From: Balanoglossus misakiensis
Taxonomy: Eukaryota > Animalia > Hemichordata
Assembly (NCBI GenBank): GCA_040954595.2
Contig: CM082585.2
Coordinates: 8,629,649-8,693,648, forward strand
Length of the DNA stretch: 64,000 bases
Reading direction: 5' to 3'
Under the pieces are notes generated by a model. The model worked only from the letters and a program-made list of their open reading frames with translations, was not told the origin of the DNA and ran no database searches. This document shows, one piece after another, positions 39,701 to 62,097 of this stretch; the stretch's first letter is position 1; every line of letters starts with the position of its first letter. A program made the position numbers and the translations under genes.

Positions 39701-42700
39701 TATAATGGTCGCGTCATCTGCTGATTGTCATGCCTATAGCTGTGATTCTCACAGACACATGCAGAGTGATCGGAAATTAAGTCCATCTATCGCAGCTGCA
39801 AAAAGTCGGATAATTACTTCTTATTATGCTATTAAAGCTATGTCCATAAAAATCTCCCGGCGTTTCTACAAGACTGCACAATGCATCTGCGACCAAAAGC
39901 TTTCAGTTTTAACTCAACACGTTGCCCCCTCATAAATGCATGTCCGACTCTCACACGTTGATGACATAAAATGAAACTTTTTTTGACAGGCGCTATAACA
40001 AGAACCATGGACGACAGTGGTGATACAGATTCGGATTTTGTGATGGTTGATTTTCGACTACCTGATGACGCTGATTATGAGGTTGGCGGTAATACTTTCA
40101 AAAAGGATTTGACACGTTCAGTGTTTATCTTTTTCGGTCCACTGATCCATGTTAGGGGTTTGTTAATACACTCAGATATAATGTTATATACTAATAAAAA
40201 ACAGGGCTAATTAAGCATGTTAATCTATAGATAGCAGCAAAAGAATATTATTTTTAAAATTACGTTTTTAACTGTATTTTTCTATTGTACTTATGTGCGC
40301 AATTCGAAGACAGTTTCACCATCTGACAGCTACATACTAGTCTGATAAAGCGATTAAACATCACTGAATTGCATGAAGATGCATTTTGCGCCACGTCAGA
40401 CATACGTGCACCAGGAACACACGAAGTTTTTCCTTGTTTTGATATGCAAAATCAAGTACGATTAAATAATAGTACGCTCGCGTTGTTTCATGTCCAGATG
40501 GTCACCGTGGGACAATACTATGGTCACCGCAAACAGCTCGAGTTTATTCCCGGAGTGGCCATTCACTGGACAGGAGGCGCTACGGAGCCCCCGCTAGACA
40601 CCCCTCCCTGTGGATTCGAAGGGGAACTGTGTTTAAATGAAGGTAATTTGCATTGCAAATGTTATGTAAATGACCCTTGTGCGGCTGGAATGGTCGATAC
40701 ACATTTGGGGTTGATCTTTACGAGGTTTGTGCGTTGAATGTGTCGCTGAATCGCAATCACAGATGTAGCAACCTCTCAGAATTTCAACCATCTTGATAAA
40801 TTTCTCTCCATTTCTTTCCAGGTGACTCGTATGTCTTAATTATTCTAGTTTCTCTTATATTCGCTATTCTGGTCATACTATTAGTCGTGTCCACCGTACT
40901 GTACCGGTAAGGAACCATTCTGTATTTCAAATGACACGTTTCCTTCATTTTTTCACATGTTTTTAGAACTTGGACATTAGAAAATGTCCAAAGTAAAAAC
41001 ATGTTTGCGACTTGTACCCTTGCAATGGGCAGTTGAATAAACGGATGCGGTACCCGTTTATTATTCAGCTTGTGTGGCGCTTTAATTCTACTGCAAGTTA
41101 TCAATCTCAATAATACAAAATCGTACTCTTACCGTTGTGTTAGACGCTTCAAGCTGCAGAAGGAAATGACCTTGATGTTGTGGAAAATCGATGCCAATGA
41201 TATCGTCTTTGAAGTCAAGGCTCTGTGTAGCGCATCATCAATGGTGAGTCCTTTACCAGAATGTATCACACTATTTCCACGTTTTCTGAGAAAAAAACAC
41301 GAGCGTTTGGTTCTTATTCTTACGTTGGCAAAACATTACAATGTAAATAACATAAACTGAAACATGAATTTTATTTCTCATCAAGTGGAGTATACTTATG
41401 TAACGAAGATCGGCCACTGCAAAGCCAACCAGATACCTGATGTTAACAGTCAGACACTGTATTAGTTAAACTTCGATAACTTGATATGTTTTATATGCGT
41501 TTGATCCATCTCCAGATCTCTTATCCGTCGCTGGTGGGCGAGTTTCGCGCTGAAGACCACGCTTACACGCAAGTAGCCGTTTGCAAGGTCAGTGTCGCGA
41601 TGTTTATAGCTTTATGACTGAGCGCTTGTCGCAACTGCTATAGCAGTAGTATATATTCTAACATTTCCACACGCACAAGATGATCTGCGATTGTCTATTA
41701 GTATTAAACACATGCCGTGGATTCACCTTTCCTATTTCCAGGGTGTAAGGTGTGCCGTGCGGCCAATTGACGCCAGCAAAATCACCCTCACGCAAAATAT
41801 TCACGTGGAACTCAACAAAGTGAGTACATACATGTCGTACACAAAGCATACATCTCTGTTGTCCGAATGTGACGTCTGAGATCGAAAAGGCAATTTGATT
41901 CTTACATAAATCGCATAATCCTAAGCTTCATAATTCATTTGAATGCAATTTCACAAATGCAAAATCGAGAATCCCGTATACAGCATTGCGATTTAATCAA
42001 ATGTGGAATGAAGTTTCCTACCATGGGCGCGAGCAGTACACATATTATTCATAATCCTAAATGACGAAAAGCTGCTAGGCACCTGTGCTCGGCTTTCGAT
42101 GTCTGATTATATAACTTGAATATGATTTGTTTGTGGCAAAAGCTTCGCGAGGTCAACCACCCGAATCTGACCCGTTTTGTTGGCGCTTGCATCGACCCAA
42201 GCAAGGCGTGCATCGTGACAGAGTATGCCGCAAAAGGAAGTTTGCAGGTACGGTCTTAACACCGAACTTCAGCTACTGATAGTAGTACACTCTTTCCCGT
42301 TTGGAAGGTGTAATGCTCATTGCAAACATATAACATTCATATGAAGTTGCACAAGATCATAAACCACTGAACTTCGGCCACTTCACATACTAATTTACGT
42401 TGTTTAGAAGTACATGCATCATATTTATTTCTGGTGGCGATAGACGTGCCATTGCTACGATAAGTCTGCAAATCCAGCGATAGTTGTATAATATATAACT
42501 TGTAATGGTTTTTGATACTTCGAGTTGTTAGAGATTGGTTATTTTTTGTTTCTGATTGAAGGATATCCTTGGCAACGACTCGATCAATCTCGACTGGATG
42601 TTTCGCTATTCAATGCTCTTTGACGTCGTGAAGGTGAGAGATGGTGCATGAAGTTGCATGCATTGATAGTCAACTTACCGTTATTGTTTGTGAAGAATCA

Positions 42701-45700
42701 CGCTGTCTTCACACGGTGGGAATGTCACCCAATTCCTAGTAGAAAAAAAACATATGTATTAATAATCGCAGGATGTTGACCCAATAAAATGAACCGATGT
42801 GGGAAACACTTTGAAATTGTTGATAACATTGAAAGATTACATGACCGTTCCTAACAGCTGTATGACGTCACCTGTGCCATCTACATACTCGGTACTCGAT
42901 GCGGACTGTGTTCTGTCCATTGATCTGCCACATAATGTAGTACAATATAACTGAAGTAAACTTACCAGACAGCATGGTGTAATCTGTGGTTCTCTTGTCT
43001 TCTAGGGCATGGATTTCATACATGGTTCATTCATCAAATTCCATGGCAACCTCAAGTCGTCCAATTGTGTTGTTGACAGCCGCTTCGTGGTGAAAGTGTC
43101 CGATTTTGCGATCTGCGAATGGCGTAAAAGAACGGATGATGTAGATGGCGCTGTGCATTTCGACTACTACCGTACGTATATTATGAACATTTCTGATTTC
43201 ACTTGTTGACCTAATTAAGGCGAGGTTCAGGGAGGCGGGGTCAGTAGCCAGGTGAGGTTGAGGGAGCCTAAGATAAAACGCATGCCAAAAATAGATCGCC
43301 AACATATCGATGTTTTTCTGGGTTATAGATCTTTTCTGGAGGGCACCTGAGTTGCTTCGGGCTGAGAGTCTCGATCACGGAACGCAGAGAGGGGACGTCT
43401 ACAGTTTCGGCATCATTTTGCATGAAGTGATAACGCGGAGAGGACCGTATGAGCTGTGGCTGCACGACAACATGTCGCCAAAAGGTACAGTATACTTGAC
43501 ACGTTAATTCCTAAGCCACATGCCACCAGGTGCAGCCTCGGCACACAGTCCTACTAGCTAGTTAGTGAGTGAGTGTCCACGCACGTGCACCGCCTTGATC
43601 CAATGGCGCCCCAGGCGGCACAGTCGTACTCATAGGGCTACCCAGCACACTACTTGTTAGTGGCGGTCACGAGTCATAGACGTGTTTACTAAAATTTAGA
43701 AGCTCTCTCAAGGTTAACAGTTTGCTGCCAGCGATATTCAAAACAATTTCCATAGCAATTTTCAAAACAATTTCTATAGCGGGCAGTATTATATGAATTA
43801 TCATCATTCCGATTCGTGTACTACTCCAAACCGGTGTGACTAACCTCCATTCTGCGGCTGCCCTCGTGCGTACTCAGCATGGGACGTGCTTCGAAGTTCT
43901 ACGCTCACCGGAGCCGATAGCTGCCTGGCAATAGCATGATGTCTCTCTCGGAACAGCCAGTAATTTGTGTCAAATGTATTTTTTGTACGCTATCTTTCAC
44001 TGCACGGCATGGCAGGTCCTCGTGAAAAGACACCACACCATGTTCGTCCCCTCCACAGCTGACAAATCGACTCCGGGCCACCTAGGTTTTCGAAAATTGC
44101 ATACACCTATACCCGTGGTCCTTTGCGATTCACATACGCCCTCGTCGGTTGCACCGTGTCGAATCAAACCAAGTAGCATGATTGAAATCTCTATTCGAAG
44201 AAAATCTCTCTCTACAACTTTCATTTAACCAAACACATTTTCTGCAGATATCATTGAACGCGTAAAAAGCAACGAACAGCCCTGTTTCCGACCGAAACTG
44301 TCAGCCTCAGATGGTCCAGATGACGTCATTAACCTGACAGAACAGTGCTGGAGTGAGAATCAAGATGAGAGACCAGACTTCACGAAGATAAAAGATATTG
44401 TACGAAATATGAACTCTAGAAGAGGGTACGACAATACATTTTATTCTCGTATTTTGATTTAGCAATTGTTTTAATTCCTTGTACAGAACATTAAACTTAA
44501 TTAGATGTTGTCCATTAAAGAATATCAACCCTGTCCACAATTACAGAAACTCTACCAACATTTTGGATAATCTGCTGGCCAGAATGGAGCAATATGCCAC
44601 CAATCTGGAGGACATAGTGGCCGAAAGAACAAGACAACTGGTTGAGGAGAAGAAAAAATCTGAACATCTTCTGGAACAGCTTTTACCCAGGTAATAATCT
44701 CGCTCCTCCTGTGTGCGAACTTGCCTTGAGCAAAATAGGAGAAAAATTACGACATTTCGAGGCGCACACTACCCTAAAATGAAACTAGTTTTTTTCTCTA
44801 AATGGTCATTATCAGGCCAGTTGCTGAACAACTGAAGCAAGGCAAGACGGTCGAAGCCGAAGCGTTTGACAGTGTCACTATTTTCTTCAGTGATGTCGTC
44901 GGTTTTACCGCGCTCTCAGCAGCCAGCACCCCGTTGCAAGTCGTGGCGTTACTGAACGATCTGTACACATGCTTTGACGCTATTATTGACAATTTCGATG
45001 TATACAAGGTGAGTGCAAATGCGGCGCAAATGTGGTACAATTACTGCCAATGATGTCTCTTTGATGTTCACACGTGGTCGTTTGGCGGCCATCTTGGATT
45101 TCATTATGTAAACAATATTTGACGTAATTTTTTAACTAGACATCATATAAAGACAAATGACCCCATATTTCAGCATAATTTTTGTATACAGAATTGATTC
45201 ATAGTGTTATTTGTATGATCTGAACACGTTTCACACTTTATATTTGAAAAAAGGTCTTAAAATAGCCGATATTTTTTCATGTTTGCTTCAGGTGGAAACG
45301 ATCGGAGATGCTTATATGGTGGTGTCTGGATTGCCGATCAGAAATGGCAATCTTCACGCGTGTGAAATCGCACGGATGGCCTTGAGGCTGTTGAAATCTG
45401 TTCAGACGTTTCAAATTCGACACCAACCGAACGAAAAACTGAAACTAAGAATAGGAATCCATTCAGGTATAGGTATAGATACATGTAGTTCACAACTAGA
45501 CGACGACAACTGCAATTACTGACAACGCTAGGTCTATTGATAATCAAATTCAAAGTGACAAAGTGGCCAATTTTCATCAAACGTCTTGAGTTGATATTGC
45601 TACAGAAGCGATGTGTCTCTCACCGAGGCGTATTTTGAGACACATTACGGTGATTTAACCCATCTTTGTATACTGCCAGCTAGGTTCAATTGTCAACAGG

Positions 45701-46508
45701 CTTATTCGCTTCATATCTTGCATTACCACACGTTTTGCGCGTTTCGTATGGACAATAGGATGTACGACTTTAGAATCACGTCAGTGGGCAAATAACCCTT
45801 GCTGTTGAATTCTGATATCCGCGTTGTCGAAGAATCGAATGCAATATTGCGGGTGCACATACTCGAATATCACAAATTTGAGAAGGAGATAATTTAGAGG
45901 GATTGAAATGTCTACTACTCTTGCACTCAGGTCCGGTGGTGGCTGGGGTCGTTGGACTCAAAATGCCGCGTTACTGTTTGTTTGGCGACACGGTCAACAC
46001 CGCCTCAAGAATGGAATCAAATGGTGAAGGTTAGTATTTTAACGTTGTACGGGTCTCTGGGACACACGATAGTCCTTAAATTAAATTCTTTGATACAAGT
46101 GTGTCAAGCCAGTAAACTCAACCCCCATAACGTACTCTGTCTTTCTTCTTCAGCTCTGAAGATTCACGCGAGTGCAGACACTGTGGAAATTCTAAATGAA
46201 ATAGGAAGCTTTCGAGTAGAAATTCGTGGAATAGTGGAACTCAAGGTAAATATTAACCCATCCCCATGGTCCGAAAAGAGTAAACAAACCCTGCCCCAGT
46301 GACACCCGCCTTATCACCATCCATACCGAGAAATTAGTCTCTGAATGTTTAATCAGTTTTAAAACATACGCAAGCATTTACAATTGGTAATGTCTTCATT
46401 TTAACCATGTGCTGAATTTTGGCTTCATTTACATAGGGCAAGGGTGCTGTCACTACATATTGGTTGTTGGACGAAGAGGCGCCCTTGAATATTACGGAAA
46501 TGCTGTAA
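36758..46508 (+). CDS. Receptor (membrane) guanylyl cyclase 1, natriuretic-peptide-receptor type, 21 exons, ~1035 aa
   Basis: Exons: 36758-37400, 37893-38080, 38536-38649, 39254-39392, 39990-40081, 40498-40642, 40822-40906 (TM), 41144-41243, 41516-41587, 41742-41819, 42143-42247, 42562-42633, 43006-43171, 43329-43484, 44248-44425, 44547-44690, 44816-45008, 45292-45466, 45931-46029, 46154-46245, 46437-46508 (3108 nt, phases consistent). Domains: signal peptide; ANF-receptor domain (FIGPSC; [10 protein letters not shown]); TM; kinase-homology domain ([25 protein letters not shown]); coiled coil; cyclase ([38 protein letters not shown]). Confidence 0.95.
38295..38457 (+). repeat. Dispersed repeat fragment, copy B (intron 2 of cyclase 1)
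   Basis: Aligns with 9070-9192. Confidence 0.75.
39075..39240 (+). repeat. Degenerate tetranucleotide microsatellite cluster (TCAT/CCAA/CTCA/CCCA/CAAT)
   Basis: Read directly in intron 3 of cyclase 1. Confidence 0.8.
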
Positions 46509-49038
46509 TTCGGAACGAATTTTAATATCTCATTTCAATCCAGAACCTAGCGGCCTGTCATGAATATTTCATCGACCCTTAGGCAACTTAAAGACGTGTA
46601 CAAGCACACTTTTGATAACTGCAACACTGTGACCTTGTCAGTAAAACACAACAACAGAACCGGTCAAATAAAGCGACTATCCTTTCCATATTGCAAAGAT
46701 AATTATCGTAAACACAAGCGTTGTCACCAACTCAACTCATCTATCAACATTCCTAAAAAGGAAGTTAGGTAAAGGGATTACTGCAGAACAATAAACTCAT
46801 ATTAATGGTTGTGGCAAAGACCTATGTGAATCACGTGGCTAGCACTCTTGTGTTTGGTTTGATGTTTCCTCCAGTGACGTTTTCAAGGCAACACGTCCGT
46901 GGAACACGGAATCATTTTGAAAGATCGAAATTCAAGGCAAAGGCCTACGGAGATAATTACGCACTGGAAACCAGAAACCAAACAAAACCGGTTCAAATTA
47001 TAGAAAATGATACAAATTTCCTCAGTGCATCTTTGACTGAAGAGACCCTCGCTCGCTCTCAACGAACGATAGCAAACACCCCGGGCGAAGGACCGCTTAG
47101 TCTAAGCAACGTTTCGTTCCCTTATAAGAAATAGTACTGATCTACTCCGGCTTAGCTCACAAAGGTTAGTCTATGGAACCATGTAGATTTTATGAAATAA
47201 AATAGCTGACTGACACATTATTTAATATTTTTTGTATTTGAAATTTAATCAATGTACTCTGGTAATGAGTTATTTAAATATGTATACTAACTAATATAAT
47301 TACCTGTTCAGTGTTCAACGCTGCTTACTTCTATGTTTTAACATTGATTATGCAATGTGAAGAAGCTCTTCTGGTTAAAGAAAGAGAATAGACGATTGAT
47401 GAAAATCTTAACTTTCTGACATGAAGCATATTCTTGATGTCTGTAGTTCGTCTGAAAACATCACTTTTGATGTGTACAACTTTCAATTACAATGTTAGCT
47501 TTTATTAGATAAAATGTTATTAACTGTCAACAGAATTTTGTGTATTTGTAGTAAGGTCTTTCTTGGATACTTGAAGAGTATACATATCACAACCGACAAT
47601 CCACAAATGCAGAATAAACCGAGCATATGACAGCAGTGTACAGTCCACCTCATCAACACACAGTTAATGTACTTGTCAGCCACAAACCTTTTCGGGTGCA
47701 AGCTTGTTGATGAGAGAGTGATGGGCCAATTTCCCCGCATAACGAGCACTGGCTGTTCTGTCTTCAGACAGAAACACAGAATGATGCTCATTATCGGGAA
47801 AGCTATCAGGCAAATGCCTAGCATAAGGAGCGGTATACCGAGACACTGTGGCTTTATGCGACAAGGAAGAATAATACACAGAAAATACCAGGCTTTCTAT
47901 TGCATCATGGGAAGGGAAAATGGCGGCCAGAAGTTCTACGATATTTGTCCTTTCGCGTCCAAATGTAAGCCGTATGCTAAACAATCAACAATGGCCGACA
48001 TCTTTCGCGGATCACGATTCCGTGACCGTCTTGTATGATACGTGTATTCAGTCTCATTCTCGTCTCGCTGTTTGTTCACGTATGTTTAATTGCACTGCAC
48101 GAGTACCCGCCAGTCGAATTCACACCTTTATAGCGTAAAGCTATAGCTTCAGCTTCGACGCCGCCGGCCTAGTGCTCATTACCTCGTCACCTAAAGCGAT
48201 ACTGTTGACAATTTGAAACGAGGCATTAAAATCCAGCCTTTGAAATTAGGAAGTCGGCACTGTAACGCTTAGCGTAAAGCGTCCCGAGCTCCAGGTTACC
48301 ATGGTGAAATTGGTTTCATCAGATAGCAACACGGTTGTGGGCAGAATTAACAGAGAAAGGCGGGTCGTTTCAAAAATTTGGGATCAGAAAAACCCCGACC
48401 TCTCCAGTCGTCTTGACGGGTAACGTAAAAGTAACTTTACCAAGTGGGCAATAAGACACGTTTCAATTTTTTCAGCGACTGCACGCTACAAACACCAATT
48501 GTGATTAAAAATTTAGTGACGAATTGGTAAACTTTGACATTCATATTTTACTGGAAATGTCAACAATGACATCCATGCGTCCGTCTATCCATCCATCCAT
48601 CCATAAATGTTTTAAAATTGGCATGGTGAAAGTAAGAAACAATGCGTGACTCACAGCAACTTTTTCGAAACCTTCCAGAATGAATTTGCTTCACGATCTC
48701 ACCGGTGAAAAGTTCTTCCTTTGACATTTAAAGAAATTGACAAATCAGAAGAGAGTGACTCTACACCATCGGCATTGAGAAAATGCAGAGAATCTTTCCA
48801 TGGTTGTTGCCACAGGATGTGGAAAATGTAATTTAACAAGCCTGCTTATTTGTCGAGGGTTGGATGAGAAGGTCCAAAGGAGTCTGCGCAGTGTCAACTT
48901 GATGAACCACGTGAGTTCATAATGGTGTATAACGTGCGATTGATAGACTGCTCAATGACATATTCTCAGCACGCAGCGACAACTATAGTCGCTCGCAAGA
49001 TAATACAGTGTGTCTCTGTGCCCTTCCGATAGTGGAAA

Positions 49039-58139
<9,101 letters not shown>

Positions 58140-58915
58140 CTAAGAATTTGTTGTCATCAAAATTGAAAGCAAAGTATCTTACTGTTGTTTTAACAATTTA
58201 TTTTTAGTACAATACCTGCAACAAGTGCATAAAAAAATGTAATTTCTTGTTGTGACATACATTGTGACTTAATAATATTTGAGTAATATTTTGTCGTTCG
58301 TTTGGTTGTGGCGAAGTTCTTTAGCAACAAGTAGTGCAGCTTACGATCCTGTGTTTTTATGATTCGCCCACGTAAAAATGCCACTAGCTGTGAAAATATT
58401 AATAAACGATTCAATACCGTCCATTCATCTTTGTCGTCACCTTGTGGGGTCTGAAAGTATCTTTTCCGTTTGACAGCACTGATGACATTCCAACTTTCAG
58501 ACCAGACATCTCGAAAGCTGACTCTGGCGTTCATTCGCAGAATTAGGTAACCGTGAGACCGCCCCCTTCAGTTCTATACTAGTATCATAAAATAGTGCCA
58601 AGTCACCATCGACAATAGGGAGATCGGGAGTGTTAGCAAACAAAGTCTGAGTCATGAGTACAATGTATAGCAATAGGATCACGTCAAGTGAAATCGATTG
58701 GTGACATCATGATGTGCCCATTAATTAAAATGGGACTTTAAGACAATTTTTCGGGTATGTGTATGATTAGGGACCAGACTGGTTATCATGTCACTCTACT
58801 TATGTGTGACGTGCTACACTACTGTTAAGACGGGGGTAGTATCAAGTAGCGGACCGGCCAGCAACGGTCTCGCAGAATGGCGAACTCTCGTGTTACCTCA
58901 AACGAAAGCAAACAA

Positions 58916-58923
58916 TGACGTCA
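58916..58923. promoter_or_regulatory. Consensus CRE (TGACGTCA) upstream of the sulfotransferase-like gene
   Basis: Motif lies ~170 bp upstream of ATG 59090 in a CpG-containing stretch. Function is inferred. Confidence 0.35.
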
Positions 58924-59089
58924 CAGTGCATCGGTCACGTACTGAAAGGCGACCGGACCTGACCCACTGTTGATACATATACACTCTATACCGGAAGGTG
59001 GGCGCTGTAGCAACGAGGTGTACAGCTGGCTTGTTGAACGATCATAAAACCCTGCCCCGGTATTCCTGCGTTAGGCGCCGCGGATCACG

Positions 59090-59713
59090 ATGGACCTCAG
59101 GACGTACCTGATGAGGCGAGGCTACTGGGTGCACGATCATGCCACCCTGCTCCCACCCCTTGTCAACAAGGACAGCATGCAGATCATCCGCAACTTCGAT
59201 CACTCGATGGACAAACCACTGACCTATCTCGTAGCTTATCCAAATTCAGGTGAGTGCCAGATTCCCCACACACACGAGTCCTGCACCAAAATGACCCCCT
59301 TAAAATGCTCGTAATTTCAAGTTAACTGCAGCTTTTGCCTACAATTTTCCAATAAAACCTGTTCTGTGTATATAATGCATTGTTATATAACGTCTGAAGC
59401 ACTTAACTTATCAACACAACCAATATGTGTACATGGTTATTGTTAAAAGTAGTTGTTGACAAGAATGCTGTTTTGTGCTTTATCACGAGGCGTGCAGTAG
59501 AATGCACCCCTGATATTTTTCAATAATCACACCACTAGACGAGAAACTGAAATATTTTTAATATTCAGCGTGGGAAATGACCGGTGTTAAATTATCGCAT
59601 AGGTACGGTTCAATGTCTGATAATTCCAGCGTATACAAAGTTTAATAAAGTTGTACAATGCACATGAAGGTGAGACACGACGAATGTCTAATGATATTTT
59701 AGTATGTCGATGG

Positions 59714-59761
<48 letters not shown>

Positions 59762-62097
59762 GTGTCTTACGCATTACATCAAACGTGTATGTCTCCTTGC
59801 AGGGTCGTGCTGGGTCAAGTATATTATGTGGAATATATTACTTCTTGACGACCCCTATCAAATGACCGAGGTGGACAACATGCTCCGGCCAAAAATTATT
59901 CTCACAACACTGGAATACAGCTCGCCGGAAACAGGTGAGTTCACGTGACAGTTTCACGATTCACGGGGTTGGCAAATAGGTGCTGCAAATCCCAAACCAC
60001 TACACCGCCCTAGCCTTTTATGTATGTCCATAGCTACTGACATAACCGTTTACCTCTCGTACTCCCATAGTGTTTCACATTGAATGGCGGCGTATGATCT
60101 ATACATTGAGACGAGGCCAGCGCGTGAAATGTTAAAAAAGTGTGTCAATGTGATAACGGGACTAGCACGCGTCTAAATCAATAAATGAATATTGATAAAA
60201 ACCTGGCCATCTCACTAGGAGAACACTCACACGAGGCAAAGCCAGCTGGTAATGCACCCATGCTGTCACGCGGCTCACACTATCAACCCTTCCCACATGG
60301 AAAAAAAATCGCAACAATACCGTCACAGTATGTTTGAATTAATACCATACCCAGACATCAAGCTTGAACACGACTATGACGGGCCGAGTGTTGTCATATC
60401 TAAAAAAAAGGGTTTTAACAAAAAGGGACACCAGCTATATATATTTGCTTTTTACACTTTTGTATTTTGTGTATAAATACTTCATTGCCATACACTCCAT
60501 GGAACTGTGTCAATAATATGCTTGTCCGGTCAACATAGCTTTTATATATAGGTGTACATGTAACAACATGGTTTCTTTAGACAGATGAATTTCAGTTCCA
60601 CATAAATTATGTTTCAATAATAAGAATTCCGTACACACATGAGGGCTATATTAATTGATAAGCGCAAAATACTGATGGCTCAACCCGGGGGCTCAACACA
60701 GCGCTGAGTCGTCGTCACGTTTTTCTAACGGGGACGTGGAAGTGCGCCTCTCACGTTTATATACACATCGTCGAGCAACGTCATCAAAAAGTTACCCTCT
60801 CAGACAGAAAGCAGATAAATTAGGACAAATTTAGTCAATGAGAAGTAAAATACCGTATCCTTTTTTTTCCAGGGGAGCCAAACTACCAAGAACTGACGGC
60901 CATGTTCACCCGCTGCCCTTTCCCGCTTGTCATCTCAACGAATCTCAGTCAAGAAAGTGCACCAAAAAATGTGCCGAGCGGAAAAAACAAGGTACATGGG
61001 GGAGGGGGGTTATTGAAGTAAATGGGGATGGCGATGACAAATCAATCAGACAAAAATAAACGCTTAATTTTCAAAAATAACGCACTCAATCAACCCTCGT
61101 ATTCGTCCAACAGGCAGTTTTCCTTGTAAGAAATCCAAAAGACGTGTGCGTGGCGACTCTCAAAATTTTAGTGGCCGAAAAGGAACTACAGTCCCGCAAA
61201 GACTTCGAAAAATGTGCGCTGCAATTTGCTGAAGGACATGGTAAATATGTGAAATTATCGTACACCTACTGCCTTTATAGTAAACTCTCACTCGTGCCCG
61301 AGAAATACTAGTAAATCAAGACAGGAAAACATCGTCACTGAGTACTGTAATCTTCATGTTACCACGATTTCCGTTTCGTCAGAAGACCTTTGACGCTATC
61401 AGTCAAAGGACTCTCTCTAATCGTGATTATTGCTCTGTTTTCATTCCCACAGTGCCGTTCGGCTGTTGGCTGGATCACACGCTCAGCTGGTGGCAGCATT
61501 TTGAAAACAAGAACAACTTTCTATTCATAACTTATGAGGAAGTCCGGAAAGTAAGCTCCCTATTGCAACATAAGTTTCGAATCAGTTCAACATTAAACAA
61601 AGAATGTGGACCATAATTTACCAATGACGGCCTGATAAACTTTCATTACCGAGATCTCTGTTTTTGATTTCCGAACAGGATATGCTTGGCACAGTACAAA
61701 AACTGGCGAAGTTTCTGGAAAAGCCCCTGTCCAAGGAGAACATCGTCGCCATCGGCAGGAAGTGCTGTCTTACAAAAGTGCCGTGGAGACAGTGCAAGAA
61801 AAGCAAAGATGAGTTTTTAGAAAGTATCGATGCTGGTAAGTGAAGACAAACAAAATGGCGCGCATTCAACTCCGCCATTTTGAACTTTGACAGGTCAAAG
61901 GTCGCAAAGGGTGGTCAATCTCCTCAAATCTGAGTCGGCCCCAATTCGGGGACCAATTTAAATTTATTTATCTATTTTTTTCAGGTCCGGTCGATGAATG
62001 GAAAGACTATTTCTCAGTCTCGCTGACAGAAAAGTTTGATGAAATGTTGAAAACAAAACTTGCATCCGTCGGACTGCTGAATAAAATAAACATATAA
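59090..62097 (+). CDS. Cytosolic sulfotransferase (SULT)-fold protein with degenerate catalytic motifs, 7 exons, 301 aa
   Basis: Exons: 59090-59249, 59803-59934, 60873-60991, 61114-61240, 61453-61550, 61679-61835, 61985-62097 (906 nt, phases consistent, no stops). SULT landmarks: LVAYPNSGSCW, PLVISTNL, VFLVRNPKDVCV, VPFGCWLDHTLSWW, FLFITYEEV, VQKLAKFLEKPLS, EWKDYFSVSLTEKFD. Confidence 0.9.
59715..59761 (+). repeat. (TCAA)11 microsatellite in SULT intron 1
   Basis: Read directly. Confidence 0.95.

Noticed and set aside
61372-61410. Minus-strand CTGATAGC-GTCA...TGAC-GAAAC resembling a hammerhead ribozyme
   Set aside because: The core is CUGAUAG, not CUGANGA, and stems I/III could not be formed. 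It is better explained as a simple CCTTTGAC/GTCAAAGG hairpin.
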